Shown piece by piece: positions 38,236-57,498 of a stretch of 64,000 nucleotides of DNA. The notes below the pieces were generated by a model that was not told the DNA's origin, did no database searches, and was given only the letters and a program-made list of their open reading frames with translations. The stretch lies in assembly GCF_009914755.1 (NCBI RefSeq), contig NC_060935.1; one strand, 5' to 3'. Source of the DNA: the human T2T-CHM13v2.0 reference genome, Homo sapiens. A program made the translations under genes and the position numbers. Position 1 is the first letter of the stretch, and every line of letters begins with the position of its first letter.

Positions 38236-38874
38236 CTAATAAATTCTAGACATACACAACCTACCAAAACTGATTCATGAAGAAAGAGAAAATCTGAGCA
38301 TACTTAAAATGAGTAAAGAGATTGAAATAGTAATAAAGTCTCCAATTAAAGAAATGCCCTGGACCTGATGGCTTCATTGCTGAATTCTACCAAATACTTA
38401 AAGAAGAACGAATATCAGCCATTCTCAAACTTTTCCAGAAAATTGAAGAAGAGGGAACACTTATAAACTCATTTTATAAAGCCAGCATTACCCTGATACC
38501 AAAGCCAAACAAGGACACTACAAGAAAATAAAATTATAGACCAATATCTCTAATAAACATAGATACAAAATTCTTAACAAAATACTAGCAAAGTGAATTC
38601 AAACAGCACAATTACAAGGATCATTCACCATCTAGTAGGATTTATCCCTGAGAGGAAAGGATAATTCAGCATATGCAAATTCATAAATGTGATACATCAC
38701 ATTAACAAAATGAAGGGCAAAAATCATATGATCATCTCAATAGATGAAGAAAAAGTATTGGACAAAATCCAATACACTTTTATGATAAAACTCTCAATAA
38801 ATTAGGCATAGAAAAAATTATACCTCAACATAATGAAGGTCATATATAACAAGGCCACAGCTAACATCATCCTT

Positions 38875-38942
38875 TTGTTTTTTAACACAAGCCAACATAT
38901 TTATTAAAAAGATGTGATTTATCTAGCTAACTATGCCTCCTG
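38875..38942 (-). other. L1 3-prime-transduced unique sequence with its own AATAAA and second A-tail
   Basis: Non-L1 sequence between the L1 tail and the TSD; AATAAA at 38905-38900, A-tail 16 nt later. Confidence 0.85.
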
Positions 38943-45140
<6,198 letters not shown>

Positions 45141-45733
45141 CTGCTAACATCATGCTTAATGGTGAAAAGGTGAAATCATTTCTTGTAAATCAGGAACAAA
45201 GCAAGGATGTCCACTCTTGCCACTTCTAGTCAATATGGTCTTGGAAATCCTAGTCAGAACAATTATGCAATTATACAAGAGAAAGAAATGGAAAGTACCC
45301 AAGAATAAATATTCTTATAATGTTCATACTACTGAAAGCAATCTGCAGATTCCATGGAATCCCTATCAAAGTTATAATGACATTTTTCAAAGAGATAGAA
45401 AAAAATCCTAAAATTTGTAAGGAACCACAGAAGACCCCAAAGAATGAAAGAAATCTTGATCAAAAGGAACAAAACTGGAGGCATCACACTCCCTACTTAA
45501 AAAAATGCTACAATCCTATAGTAATCAAAATAGCATGATACTGGCATAAAATCTAACTTACAGTCCAATGAAGCAGAACAGAGACCCCATAATTAAATTT
45601 ATCATTTATGGTCAATTGATTTTTAAAAAGATGCCAAGAACACACAGTGGGGAAAGAATGTCTCTTAAATAAATTATATTGAGAAAATTGGATATCCACA
45701 CACAGAAGAATTAAATTGGACCCATATACAAAA

Positions 45734-45805
45734 GTCACAGTGTGGATCTCCCCATGCTGCTTTGCCTGTCCGAGTGGGAGCTGCAAGTTAGTACTGCCTC
45801 CTATC
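45734..45805 (-). repeat. 72-bp inverted copy of the nearby L1PB 5-prime end (46099-46170)
   Basis: 66/72 identity to the reverse complement, no indels. Confidence 0.9.
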
Positions 45806-46084
45806 AAAAATCAACTCAAATGTGATTAAAGACCTAAATGTATGATCTGAAAGTGTAAACCTCCTGGACACAAACATAGGGGAAAAGCATTTTCAATTTG
45901 GTGTAAGCAATGATTTTTTAGTTGACACCAAACACATGGGCAACAAAAGCTCAGTTAGACAAGGGCAATTCATGAAACTAAAAAGCTTCTGCCTAACCAT
46001 GAAACAATCAACAGAGGGAAGAGATAACTTATGGCTTGGGTGAAAATATTTGTAAACCATATATCTGATAAAGACTTAATAACC

Positions 46085-47893
46085 AAGGGAAAGTGGCAGA
46101 TAGGAGGCAGGACTAACTTGCAGCTCCCACTTGGACGGGCAAAGCAGCATGTGGAGACCCACATTGTGACTTTTGCTCTAAGAACTACTGCAGGAACATA
46201 CTAGAAAAGCTGAGAGAATCCACAGATTCTTTGAAGGAGGTGGGTTGCCACATCCATGCTCATGGATGGGTAGAATCAATATTGTGAAAATGACCATACT
46301 GCCCAAAGCAATCTACAAATTCAGTGCAATTCCCATAAAAAATACTACCATCATTCTTCATGGAACTAGAAAAAACAATCCTAAAATTCATATGGAACCA
46401 AAAAGGAACCCACATAGCCAAAGCAAGACTAAGCAAAAAGGATAAATCTGGAGGCATTACATTACCTGGCTTCAAACTATACCATAAGGCCATAGCCATT
46501 AAAACAGGATGATACTGTTATAAAAACAGGAATATCGACCGATAGAACAGAATAGAGAACCCAGAAATAAAGCCAAACACTTACAGTCAACTGATCTTCG
46601 ACAAAGCAAACAAGAACAGAAAGTGGGCAAGGACTTCACTCAACAAATGGTGCTGGAATAATTGGCAAGCCAAATGTAGAAGAATGAAACTGGATCCTCA
46701 TTTCTCACCTTACACAAAAATCAACTCGAGATGGATCAAAGATTTAAATCTAAGACCTGAAACTATAAAAAGTCTGGAAGATAACATCAGAAAAACCCTT
46801 CTAGACATTGGCTTAGGCAAAGACTTCATCACCAAGAACACAAAAGCAAATGCAACAAAAACAAAGGTAAATAGATGAAACTTAATTAAACTAAAAAGCT
46901 TCTGCACAGCAAAAGAAATAATCAGCAGAGTAAACAGACAACCCTCAGAGAGGGAGAAAATCTTCACAATCTATACATCTGTCAAGGACTAATATCCAGA
47001 ATCTACAAGGAACTCAAACAAATCAGCAAGAGAAAAACAAAAAATCCCATAAAAAAGTGGGCTATGAATAGATAATTCTCAAAAGAAGATATACAAATGT
47101 TCAGCAAACATGAAAAAATGCTCAGCATCACTAATTATCGGGGGAATGCAAATGAAAACCACAATGTGATGCCACCTTACTCCTGTAAGAATGGCCATAA
47201 TCAAAAAATTTAAAAAAATAGATTTTTGCCTGGATGTGGTGAAAAGGGAACACTTTTACACTGTTGGTGGAAATCTAAACTAGTACAACCATTATGGAAA
47301 ATGCTGATTCCTTAAAGAACTAAAAGTAGACTCCTTAAAGAACTAAAAGTAGATCTACCATTTGATCCAGCAATCCCACTCCTGGGTATCTACCCAGAGA
47401 AAAAGAAGTCATTATACAAAAAAGATAACTTGCATATGTATGTTTACAGCAGCACAATTCGCAATTGCAAAAATATGGAACCAGCCCAAAAACTCACCAA
47501 TCAACGAGTGGATAAAGAAAATGTGGCATATATATGCCATGGAATACTACTCAGTAATTAAAAGGAATAAAATAATGGCATTTGCCGCAATGTGGATGGA
47601 ATTGCAGACCATTATTCTAATTGAGGTAACTCAGGAATGGAAAAGCAAACATTGCATGTTCTCACTCGTAAGTGGGAGCTAAGCTATGAGGACTAAGGCA
47701 TAAGAGTGATACCGTGGACTTTGAAGATTCAGAGGAAAGTGTCGGAAGAGGGAAAGGGATGAAAAAAATTCAGATCGGGTATAGTGTACACTGCTTGGGT
47801 GATAGGTTCACTAAAATCTCAGAAACCGCCACCAAATAACTTATTAATGTAACCAAACACCACCTGTTCCCCAAAAACCTATTGAAATAAAAA
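46085..47893 (+). mobile_element. Internally deleted L1PB: 5-prime 160 nt joined to the ORF2 3-prime part and 3-prime end
   Basis: GATAGGAGGCAGGACTAACTTGCAGC 5-prime end; junction at about 46248; CACCTGTTCCCCAAAAACCTATTGAAATAAAA 3-prime end; TSD 46070-46084 / 47894-47908 (12/15). Confidence 0.85.
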
Positions 47894-48914
47894 AATGAGT
47901 TAATATCCGGAATTCAAACATTCAATAGCAAAAAACCAAATAACCCAATTAAAAATGGGCAAAGAATCTGGATAGACATTTTTCCCAAGAAGAGATACAG
48001 GTCACTAATAGGTATATGAAAAAGGTTCTCAACATCACTAATCATCAGAGAAATATGAGTCAAAACCACAATGAGATCATCTCATGCCTGTTAGAATGGC
48101 TATTATCAAAAAGAGAAGGGATGACAGATGTTGGTGAGTACGGGTGGAAAAGAGAAATCTTGTAGCCTGTTGGTAGAAATATAAATTGGTATAACCATTA
48201 TGGAGAATAATATGGAGATTCCTCAAAAAATTAAAAATAGAATTACCAGATGATCTGGCATGCTCATTTCTGGGTATATGTCCAAAGACTTGAAATTAGA
48301 TCTCAAAGAAACAGCTGTACTTTCATGTTTGTTTTATCATTATTCACAATACTCAAGGTATGGAAACAAACTAAGTGTCCACCAATGGGTAAATGGATAA
48401 AAGAACATGGTATGTAAATATAATGGAATACTTTTCAGCCTTAAAAAAGAAAAAAAAAACCTCTGATTTTGCAAAAGCGTGAATGAACCTGTAGGAGGTG
48501 GGAGAGTATTATGCTAAGTGGGATAAATGACCATAGAAAAGGCCAATATTAAATGATCTTACTTACACATATGGAATCTAAAAAGGTCAAACTCACAAAA
48601 GCAGAGAGTAGAATGGTAGTTGCCAGGGGCTGGTGGTTGGGCATGAGGAAGAGTTGTTGGTCAAAGGGTACAAAGTTTCAGTTATGCATGATGAATAAGC
48701 TCTGGAGATCTAACGTACAGCATGGTGACTATAGTTCATAATACTGCACTGTATACTTGAAATTTGCTGAGAGAGTATATCTTCAGTGTTCTTATCACAC
48801 ACCAACAAACAAATGGTAACGTGATGTGATGCATATGTTAATTAGCTTGATTGTGGTGATCATTTCACAGTCTATGTATTAGTGTTTCAACCACAGTCTA
48901 TGTGTACAGTGTTT

Positions 48915-49198
48915 CAACCATTACGAAAACAGTGTGGAGTTTTCGTAAAGAACTAAAAGTCGGTCTACCATTTGATCCAGCAATCCCACTCCTGGGTATT
49001 TACCCAGAGGAAAAGAAGCCAGTATATGAAAAAGATACTTGAGCATGCATGTTTATAGCAGCACAATTCACATTGCAAAAATATAGAACAAGCCCAAATG
49101 CCCATCGGTCAATGTGTAGATAAAGAAAAATGTGGCATATATATACCACGGAATACTACTCAGCCATAAGAAGGAATGAAATGATGACATTTGCAGCA
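48915..49198 (+). mobile_element. Internal L1PB-like fragment without tail or TSD
   Basis: AAAGAACTAAAAGT...CCATTTGATCCAGCAATCCCACT...GACATTTGCAGCA, inserted in the L1MA 3-prime UTR. Confidence 0.8.
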
Positions 49199-49614
49199 GA
49201 TATTTAATATATATCAAATATAACATTGTACACCTTAGAATAGATACAATTTTTAATTGTCAATTACACCACAATAAGGCTGGAAAAAACAATAAGGAAA
49301 CTATAGAAAAGATTTTTACTTTAAATCCTTATTTTTGGGTGTGCATCACCATATCCCCTAATTTAATCAATTGTCTTTTAACTTTTCAATATTACATTTG
49401 TGTATGACAGCGTGTTGTGCACAAGTGTCCAGCAGCCCCAGTAAACTTACTTTACCGTTCCCAGGCCAGTTTACCTATGCCCATACAAACTGGCTCTGTT
49501 CGCCTGTTGGGTTTTGTGCTAGGATATTTAGCCTCTCTCATCTCTCAGATTCATAACCCTGCTTTTTGCCATACACCATTTTGGTCAGCACTATATCTGC
49601 AGGGATTATGGATT

Positions 49615-50300
49615 CTTTTTATTTTATTTTATTCTATTTTATATTTTATTGAGACAGTGTCTTATTCTGTCTTCTAGGCTGGACTGTAGTAGCATGATCA
49701 TGGCTCACTGCAGCCTTGAACTCCTGGGCTCAAGCATCCTCCCGCCTCAGCCTCTGGAGCAACTAGGACTACAGGCATGCACCACCATGCCTAGCTAACT
49801 TTTAAAATTTTCTTTCTTTTCTTTTCTTTTTTTCCTTCTTTCTTTCTTTTTTTTTCCTTCTTTCTTTCTTTCTTTTTTTTTTTTTTTTTTTTTCTGAGAC
49901 AGGTCTTGCTCTGTAGCCCAGGCTGGAATGCAGTGGTGTGATCTCGGCTCATTTCAACCTCCACCTCCCGATTCAAGCGATTCTTCTGCCTCAGCCCCTT
50001 GAGTAGGTGGGACTACAGGCATGCACCACCATGCCCAGCTAATTTTTGTATTTTTAGTGGAGACGGGGTTATGCCATATTGGCCAGGCTGGTCTCGAACT
50101 CCTGACCTCGTGATCTGCCTGCCTCAGCCTCCAAAAGTGCTGGGATTACAGGCATGAGCCATCGTGCCTGGCCACTTTTTTGATTTTCTTTGTAGAGACA
50201 GAGTCTCATTATGTTGCCCAGGAATGATCTTGAACTCCTGGACTCAAGCAATCCTCCTATCTTGGCCTCCCTGTTCTGGGATTACAGATGTGAACCACCC
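49615..50300 (-). mobile_element. AluJ with an AluS (about 49812-50173) nested in its central linker
   Basis: AluJ right arm, then complete AluS with (CTTT)-rich tail, then AluJ left arm. Confidence 0.9.
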
Positions 50301-50440
50301 TAAAAAAAATAATCAGTTTTAAAAAAATATCAAAGCTAGTATAAATTGAGCGAATCTCTTGCGGTCCTTTTACAGGCTGAAGAGTTGGTGAAACATCAGG
50401 ACCACTCATCTTTTATAATGATTCATTAAAATTTTAGTAG

Positions 50441-50787
50441 ACCATGGAATACTATGCAGCCATAAGAAGGAATGAGATCATGTCCTTTGCAGGGACATGG
50501 ATGAAGCTGGAAACCATCATTCTCAGGAAACTAACACAGGAACAGAAAACCAAACACCGCATGTTCTCACTCATAAGTGGGAGTTAAACATTGAGAACAC
50601 ATGGACACAGAGAGGGGAACAACACACACCAGGGCCTGTTGCGGGGTGGGAGGTGAGGGGAGGAAACTTAGAGGATGGGTCAATAGGTACAGAAAACCAC
50701 CATGGCACATGTATACCTATGTAACAAGCCTACACATTCTGCACATGTATCCCATTTATTTTAGAAGAAATAAAAAAAAGAAAAAGA
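50441..50787 (+). mobile_element. L1PA8A-like 3-prime end
   Basis: ACCATGGAATACTATGCAGCC...TTAGAAGAAATAAAAAAA. Confidence 0.85.
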
Positions 50788-51026
50788 ATTAGTAAATATT
50801 CCATCTATCTCTGCTTTGTTATGCCATTTTTAATTAGCCAGGCTTTAAGCAGTTCTTTTTTGATGACTGTCTAATTTTAGCCTTTTTTTTATTTGTGAGG
50901 GTGATTTCTTTTCAAAGGTGCAATTCTTTCAGGCTGCTTATTGGAAATAGAGCCCTATATTACTTTTGGAATTAAAAAAATATATCAACACTTCATAAGT
51001 TTGCCGTATGTTTTCTGTTTTTGACA

Positions 51027-52235
51027 TTTTTATTTTACTTTAAGTTCTGGGATACATGTGCAGAATATGAAGATTTGTTACATAGTTATACACGTGCCAT
51101 GGTGGTTTGCTGCACCTATCAACTCATCATCTAGGTTTTAAGCCCTGCATGCATTAGGTATTTGTCCTAATGCTCTCCCTCCCCTCACCCCTACCCCCTG
51201 ACAGGCCCTGGTGTGTGATGTTCCCCTCTCTGTGTCCATGTGTTCTCATTGCACAACTCCCACTTATGAGTGAGAACATGTGGTGTTTGGTTTTTTGTTC
51301 CTGTGTTAGTTTGCTAAGAATGATGGTTTCCAGCTTCATCCATGTTCCTGCAAAGGACATGAACTCATTCTTTTTTATGGCTGCATAGTATTCCATGGTG
51401 TATATTTGCCACATTTTCTTTATCCAGTCTATCATTGATGGGCATTTGGGTTGGTTCCAAGTCTTTGCTATTGTAAATAGTGCTGCAATAAACATACATG
51501 TGCATGTGTCTTTATAGTAGAATGATTTGTAATCCTTTGGGTAATGGGATTGCTGGGTCAAATGGTATTTCTGGTTCTAGATCCTTGAAGAATTGCCACA
51601 ATGTCTTCCACAGTGGTTGAACTAATTTAAACTCCCACCAACAGTGTAAAAGTGTTCCTATTTCTCCACAGCCTCACCAGCATATATTGTTTCCTGAGAT
51701 TTTAATAATCACCTTTCTGACTGGCGTGAGATGGTATCTTATTTTGGTTTTGATTTGTGTTTCTTTAATGACCAGTGATGATGATTTTTCTTTCCTATGT
51801 TTGTTGGCCACATAAATGTCCTTTTTGAGAAGCATCTGTTCATATCCTTTGCCCATTTTTTGATGGGGTTTTTTTTTGTTGTTGTTGTTGTAAATTTAGT
51901 TAAGTTCCTTGTAGATTCTGGATATTAGACCTTTGTCAGATGGGTAGATTGCAAAAATTTTCTCCCATTCTGTAGGTTGGCTGTTCACTCTGATGCTAGT
52001 TTCTTTTGCTGTGCAGAAGCCCTTTAGTTTAATTAGATACCATTTGTCAATTTTGGCTTTTCTTGAAATTGCTTTTAGTGTTTTAGTCATGAAGTCTTTG
52101 CCCATGTCTATGTCCTGAATGGTATTTTCTAGGTTTTCTTCTAGGGTTTTTATGGTTTTGGGTTTTACATTTAGGTCTTTACTCTATCTTGAGTTAATTT
52201 TTGTATAAGGTTTGAGGAAGGGGATCAGTTTCTGT
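51027..52235 (-). mobile_element. L1PA7/8 3-prime 1.2 kb
   Basis: ORF2 C-terminus in the ORF track (KTWNQPKCPS...); L1PA7-type 3-prime UTR. Confidence 0.9.
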
Positions 52236-53104
52236 GTGGCAGATGGGAATGGGAATGTGGAGTGGGAATGTGACCATTAAAAGAATACTCCATTCAGTTT
52301 TTCTCAGGACACCTCCCTCAGTTTATACTTTCAATTTCATAAATCCAAGGGTTTACAAAAATCTTTGGAGTATTTAATTATATTAATATTTTAAAAATAA
52401 CCGGGTTCTTAAGATGTAGACATTTTCAAGGATTTGCATTTATCTTTATGGAGGAGGAATCTCAATTTAAGAATGTATTCCTTTAAAAAATTTAAAAAAA
52501 TTTTTTTAACTTCAGTCTCTGCGCTAGTAAGAACGTATTCTTTATAAGTCTATTACTCAAGTGAACTCATGACAGTTTTTTCTCTTTAACTGTAAAATAA
52601 AAAGAAAAGTTTTAAATCGTATCTCCTACTTGAGGAAACATCTGAACTTAACTCTCCTTCTAATATATATTTTATTGTTTATGAAAATTATGTTTGTTAA
52701 TTTTTCCAATATTAAAATTGACATATGCTTCCCAAGTTTTAAAAGCTCCAAAATGTGGGAAAAAGAGATATAATTATAATCCCACTCTTCAAACAAAGTT
52801 ATTTAAACATTCTGTATAGTGGATTTTCTTCCAGCTTTAAAATGACTTTTCAAAATAGGTGATTTGGCTTTAAGATTTTAAGAAGCTCTTAAAGGTATTA
52901 CTGCTCATGATTGAAATGTATACAGTGTTTCAATGTTAAAGGTCTTTTTTAGCATTTTGTTACTACCACTTAATTCAATGTCATAACCATAGCAAAACAA
53001 ACAATTTCTTAGATTTAGTGGAATAAATTTCCTCCTCGAGTGAAACAAATTTCCAGGTTGAAACCATAGTATAGCCTTCAAGAAAATGAATTCTGTTAAC
53101 AACC

Positions 53105-53287
53105 CAAAGGTGTAGGAAATGGATTATCTGCTAGGGCTCCCAGGAAAGAATGCAGCCTGCTGACATTTTAGCCCGGTAAGATCTGTGTTGGGCTTCTGAC
53201 CTACAGAAGTATGAGATAACAAATCTGTGTTGTTTTAAGCTGCCAAATTGGTGGGAATTTGTTATGGCAGCAATAATCACCTAATAT
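53105..53287 (+). mobile_element. MLT1 (D/E-like) LTR 3-prime part
   Basis: CTTCTGACCTACAGAAG...TGTTTTAAGC...TTTGTTATGGCAGCAATA. Confidence 0.75.
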
Positions 53288-53938
53288 GGTAACTTTTGAT
53301 ACCTTGTCTTAATTAGGCTCTGATTATAAGCACAGAGCAGAAAGTTACGGGACTCCTTCACTCTTGCTGACTTTGGTCTACCTTCTTTTTGTCTTTAAAC
53401 ATTTGTCCACTTCGTTATCTTATGATGGACTGTGCTCTCTTATAATACTCTGAATTCATTCCTAAGACAGCTCTTTCTTTACCTGCTCTTTGCTGAGAGA
53501 TTCCATGCCAATTCTTAAGGCCCCTATCTTTGTCCACTCAGCTAGAGAGTCTGTCTTTTTCCCATTCCTACACTCTTTTTAGAGAGCTTACTCCCACAGC
53601 ACCTACTTATTGGCATTGTGGACACGGTGATTTGATACCTTGCTGACTCATTCTTCTTACAAATAAGTGAATCAGAAGTGGAAATCTCTCTCTAGTTGGA
53701 CCAACCATATCCTCCTCCCAGAAATTTGGATTTTGAACTCAGATCATTTTAAATATGTATCCACTTAAATTTAGTACATATCAATACATTCAAATACATT
53801 CAATATCTATACCCTTATATGTTGAATATATATCTGTAATTGAGTATATACATATATTTGTGAATGACAAAAGCAGCTATCTTCCATGTGCACAGAAAAG
53901 TGGAAAAAAACACTGCAGAGACAGAAAAGCAAATCAGG

Positions 53939-54443
53939 TGTATATTAGTTTCTTATGGCTGCTGTAACAAATTACCACAAACTTGGTGGCTTAAAACAAC
54001 ACTAATGTATTATTTTATAGTTCTGAGGGCAAGAAATCCAAAAACAGTTTCACTGGGCTGAAACCCAGGTGTTGGCAGAGTCATGCTGGAGGTTGTGGGA
54101 GAAAATCAGCTTCGTTGCCTTTTCTAGCTTTCAGAGGTTTATTTCTTGGTTTGTGGCCCTTTCCTCTGTCTCCAAAGCCAGCAGAGCAGCAGCATCAAAT
54201 CTCTCTCTGCTTTCATCGTCACATGGCCTTCATTTTTGTAGTAAAATCTCCTTTTGCCTAGCTCTTACGATGACATTTGGGATTACATGTAGGGCGCATC
54301 TGGGTAATCCAGGATAATCCCCCATCTCAAGAACTTTAACTTAATCACATCTACAAAAATCTCTTTGCCACATAAGATAACATTCACCGTTTCCAGAGGT
54401 CAGAACCTGGATATCTTTAGGGGCCATTATTCAGCCTACCACA
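53939..54443 (-). mobile_element. MLT1C/D LTR
   Basis: GCTGCTGTAACAAATTACCACAAACTTGGTGGCTTAAAACAAC...ATTCAGCCTACCACA. Confidence 0.85.
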
Positions 54444-54964
54444 AAGTATATGGAGAAAAATAATACAGAGAAATACAGCTACAGAGAGACCTAAGGAGAA
54501 ATCAGAGACTTAAAGAGAAGAGAATACCTACCTTGGCTCCTTACAAATTTCTAGTTCCTTCTTTTTGTCACTTAGCAGGTTTTGATGTTTCTTATTTTCT
54601 GGGGTTCCATATGGCACTTTTGATTATTATGATAAGTACATAGTTTACTTAAGCAAGCTTGATTAGTTTTCTGATACTTTTTTTTCCCTCAACCAAATGA
54701 ATGCTAAGATCATCTTCTGTATATGATGGCCATATTCGCCAGTTGCTATAGATGATCAGTCTAGACTCATGGTCAGTTATGGCTTCTGAATAAATAGTTT
54801 TCCTTTCAAACCAAATTGCCTCTCAGTCCATTCTAATTGTATCCCACTTCTGGTCTGCCTTGATCTGCAGGTCTGTCTAACTGTTGGCTTCTGGCTTCAG
54901 AAAAAGAAGGTAGCTTCCAGGCTAATTTGGTTTCCCCTCTTAAGTTTTCCTTCCACACTTTATA

Positions 54965-55200
54965 ATATAGTGGAGTGCTAAAGGAGTCTGAAGTTCACAT
55001 ATTCTAAATTTCTGCCACTTACCAATGATGTAGTTTGGGGCAAGATGCTTAACCTCTGTAAACATCAGTTTTCTCATCTGTAAAATGGAGATAATGATAT
55101 CAGCTTTCTAAGGTTATTAGGAGGAATAAATGAAATACATGTGTATATATTTAAGTATACTGTATAAACCCTGGATTATGTTATTGTTATTATTATTATT
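54965..55200 (+). mobile_element. MIR
   Basis: CTTAACCTCTG...CAGTTTTCTCATCTGTAAAATGGAGATAAT. Confidence 0.8.
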
Positions 55201-55732
55201 CCTTCCTTGCTATTGTTACTATTATTATATAATATTTAACTATCAAGGTTGAAGGCTTGCAACATCTGAAAAGAACTAGTAGAAGTGTTTGTTTTTAATT
55301 ATATGTGGTTTCATTTCTTAGACCATCTTAGCTAAGCCTACAACAACAAAAAGAAAAAGCACAACGTCCCCATTTCACAGATGAGAAAACAAATGGTCAG
55401 ATAGGCTAAGTGTCACTCGATAAAAAAAAAAAAAAAGGGTGATAAAGCCAGGCTCAAAATTTAGGTTTTTTGATTTTAGTTTTGTATTTTTCATTAATCC
55501 ATGATATTGTGAATGCACAGTGGTTCAATCATAGAGTTCAGGGAATGTCATTTTCTCTATGGCTGAATTGTCTCTTCTAAACTGTGACTACAGTACTTTG
55601 CCTCTGATGCGGCACTGAGCCTATTCATACCTTCCCATATGCCTTTGATTTTCTGGTGTCTAAATCTGTCTTTCTCCACACTGAGCTAGAGATGAAAATA
55701 ACCATTCTGAGCAGAAAAGCTTGGTTAAAGTT

Positions 55733-56678
55733 TTAAGTTCTCCTGTGCCATGAGGACATAATTTTGCTGACTGCTTCTTTCAAGACTGCCTTTACCTTTT
55801 CATTTCTTAGACTATAAGTGAAGGGATTCAGAAGAGGGGTCACCATTGTGGGGACAGCTGTCACCTTGTCAAAACCAATTGAATGACTCTGGCTGGGCCT
55901 CACATACCTGAAGATGTTGCTTATATAAGCGATGGAAATGACGGTGATGTGGGAAGTGCACGTGGAAAAGGCCTTCCGACGTCCTTGGGCTGAGGGGATG
56001 TGCAGGATGGTAGAAATGATGTAGATGTAGGACACAGTGGTGAGCACCAGTGAGGTCAGGAGGATGAGGGAAGATAAGAGGAAGTTTATCATCTCGATGA
56101 AATGAGTGTCTATACAGGACACATGTAGCAGAGGGGTGATGTCACAGAAGAAGTGACTAATTTCCTTGTAACAGAAAGGCAATCTGGACACCACAATGGT
56201 TGGGCACAACACAGACAGGAAGCCTCCAACCCAGCAGCCCAGAACTAGTAGGAGGCAGGCCCTGCTGTTCATGATAATGGTGTAGTGCAGGGGGTCACAG
56301 ATGGCCACGTAGCAGTCAAAGGACATCACTGCCAAGAGGATAAACTCCACTGTCCCCAAGAAAACAAAGGAAATAAGTTTGGGTGATGCACCCAGCAAAA
56401 GATATGGTCTTCTTGTCCTGCAGGAGACAGGCTAATAGCTTTGGGATAACTGAGGTGGTGAAAAAAATGTCCAAAATTGACAAATTACTGAGGAAGAAGT
56501 ACATTGGGGTTTGGAGGCGATGATTCGCACATGTTAGGGAAATGATGGCAACGTTTCCTGTTAGAGTAAGCATATAAGTAAACAAGAGGACTGCAAAAAG
56601 GGAAATTTGAAGCTGCTGAAGAACAGGAAAGGCCGTCAGGGTAAACTCAGTCACTGTGGTCTGATTTTGGATGTCCAC
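55733..56678 (-). pseudogene. OR6M2P: Olfactory receptor pseudogene, paralogue of OR6M1
   Basis: Two overlapping OR frames joined by a +1 frameshift at about 56357-56372 (16 nt vs 15 nt in OR6M1); no N-terminal ATG (GTG GAC ATC CAA AAT); DCY instead of DRY; one-codon deletion in TM7. Symbol assigned from homology and recalled locus order. Confidence 0.88.
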
Positions 56679-56708
56679 TGCAGGCAATGCCTAGTGGGAA
56701 GCACATCT

Positions 56709-56735
56709 CTGAAAAAAAAAAGATAAAATACAGAG
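56709..56735 (-). promoter_or_regulatory. Retained splice acceptor of the OR6M2P coding exon
   Basis: Minus strand TATTTTATC-(T)n-CAG|AG, 30 nt upstream of the GTG at 56678. Confidence 0.7.
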
Positions 56736-56774
56736 ATGATGCTCAACTTACGGAAGTTTTCAACTCCCAATATC

Positions 56775-56970
56775 TGTGATAAGAGTGAAATAGAAAAAAC
56801 TTTGTGTGAGGAGTCAAGAGTGATTCGTTCACAGTCTGCTTCTGACTTTATTAAATGTGGTCCCTTGGGTAAATGACATTACTTCTTCTAACTTCAGTAT
56901 TCTCATATTTCAAAGTTTTGATTGAATGAAATTATCCTCATGGTCCCTATAATTCTAGTCTTTATGATTT
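56775..56970. mobile_element. MIR-like element upstream of OR6M2P, in the same position as 21220-21430
   Basis: CCTTGGGTAAATGAC...CTTCAGTATTCTCAT. Confidence 0.55.
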
Positions 56971-57132
56971 TAGTCTCTTTTACACAATGCTCCTTCCTGT
57001 CTCTTTTTTGCTCTTCCTGACCTACTACTTTCCCAGCTAAATTCTGTTCTTAAAAAGAGAGGCATACTAAACTGAGAATCCGGTCAATTCTTTGAAAAAT
57101 TGAGAAAAAGAAGGTTAATAAAACTTGAGTTA

Positions 57133-57498
<366 letters not shown>

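Noticed and set aside
56316-56687. 123-aa and 221-aa ORFs as separate genes
   Set aside because: They are two frames of one frameshifted OR pseudogene, both with non-ATG starts
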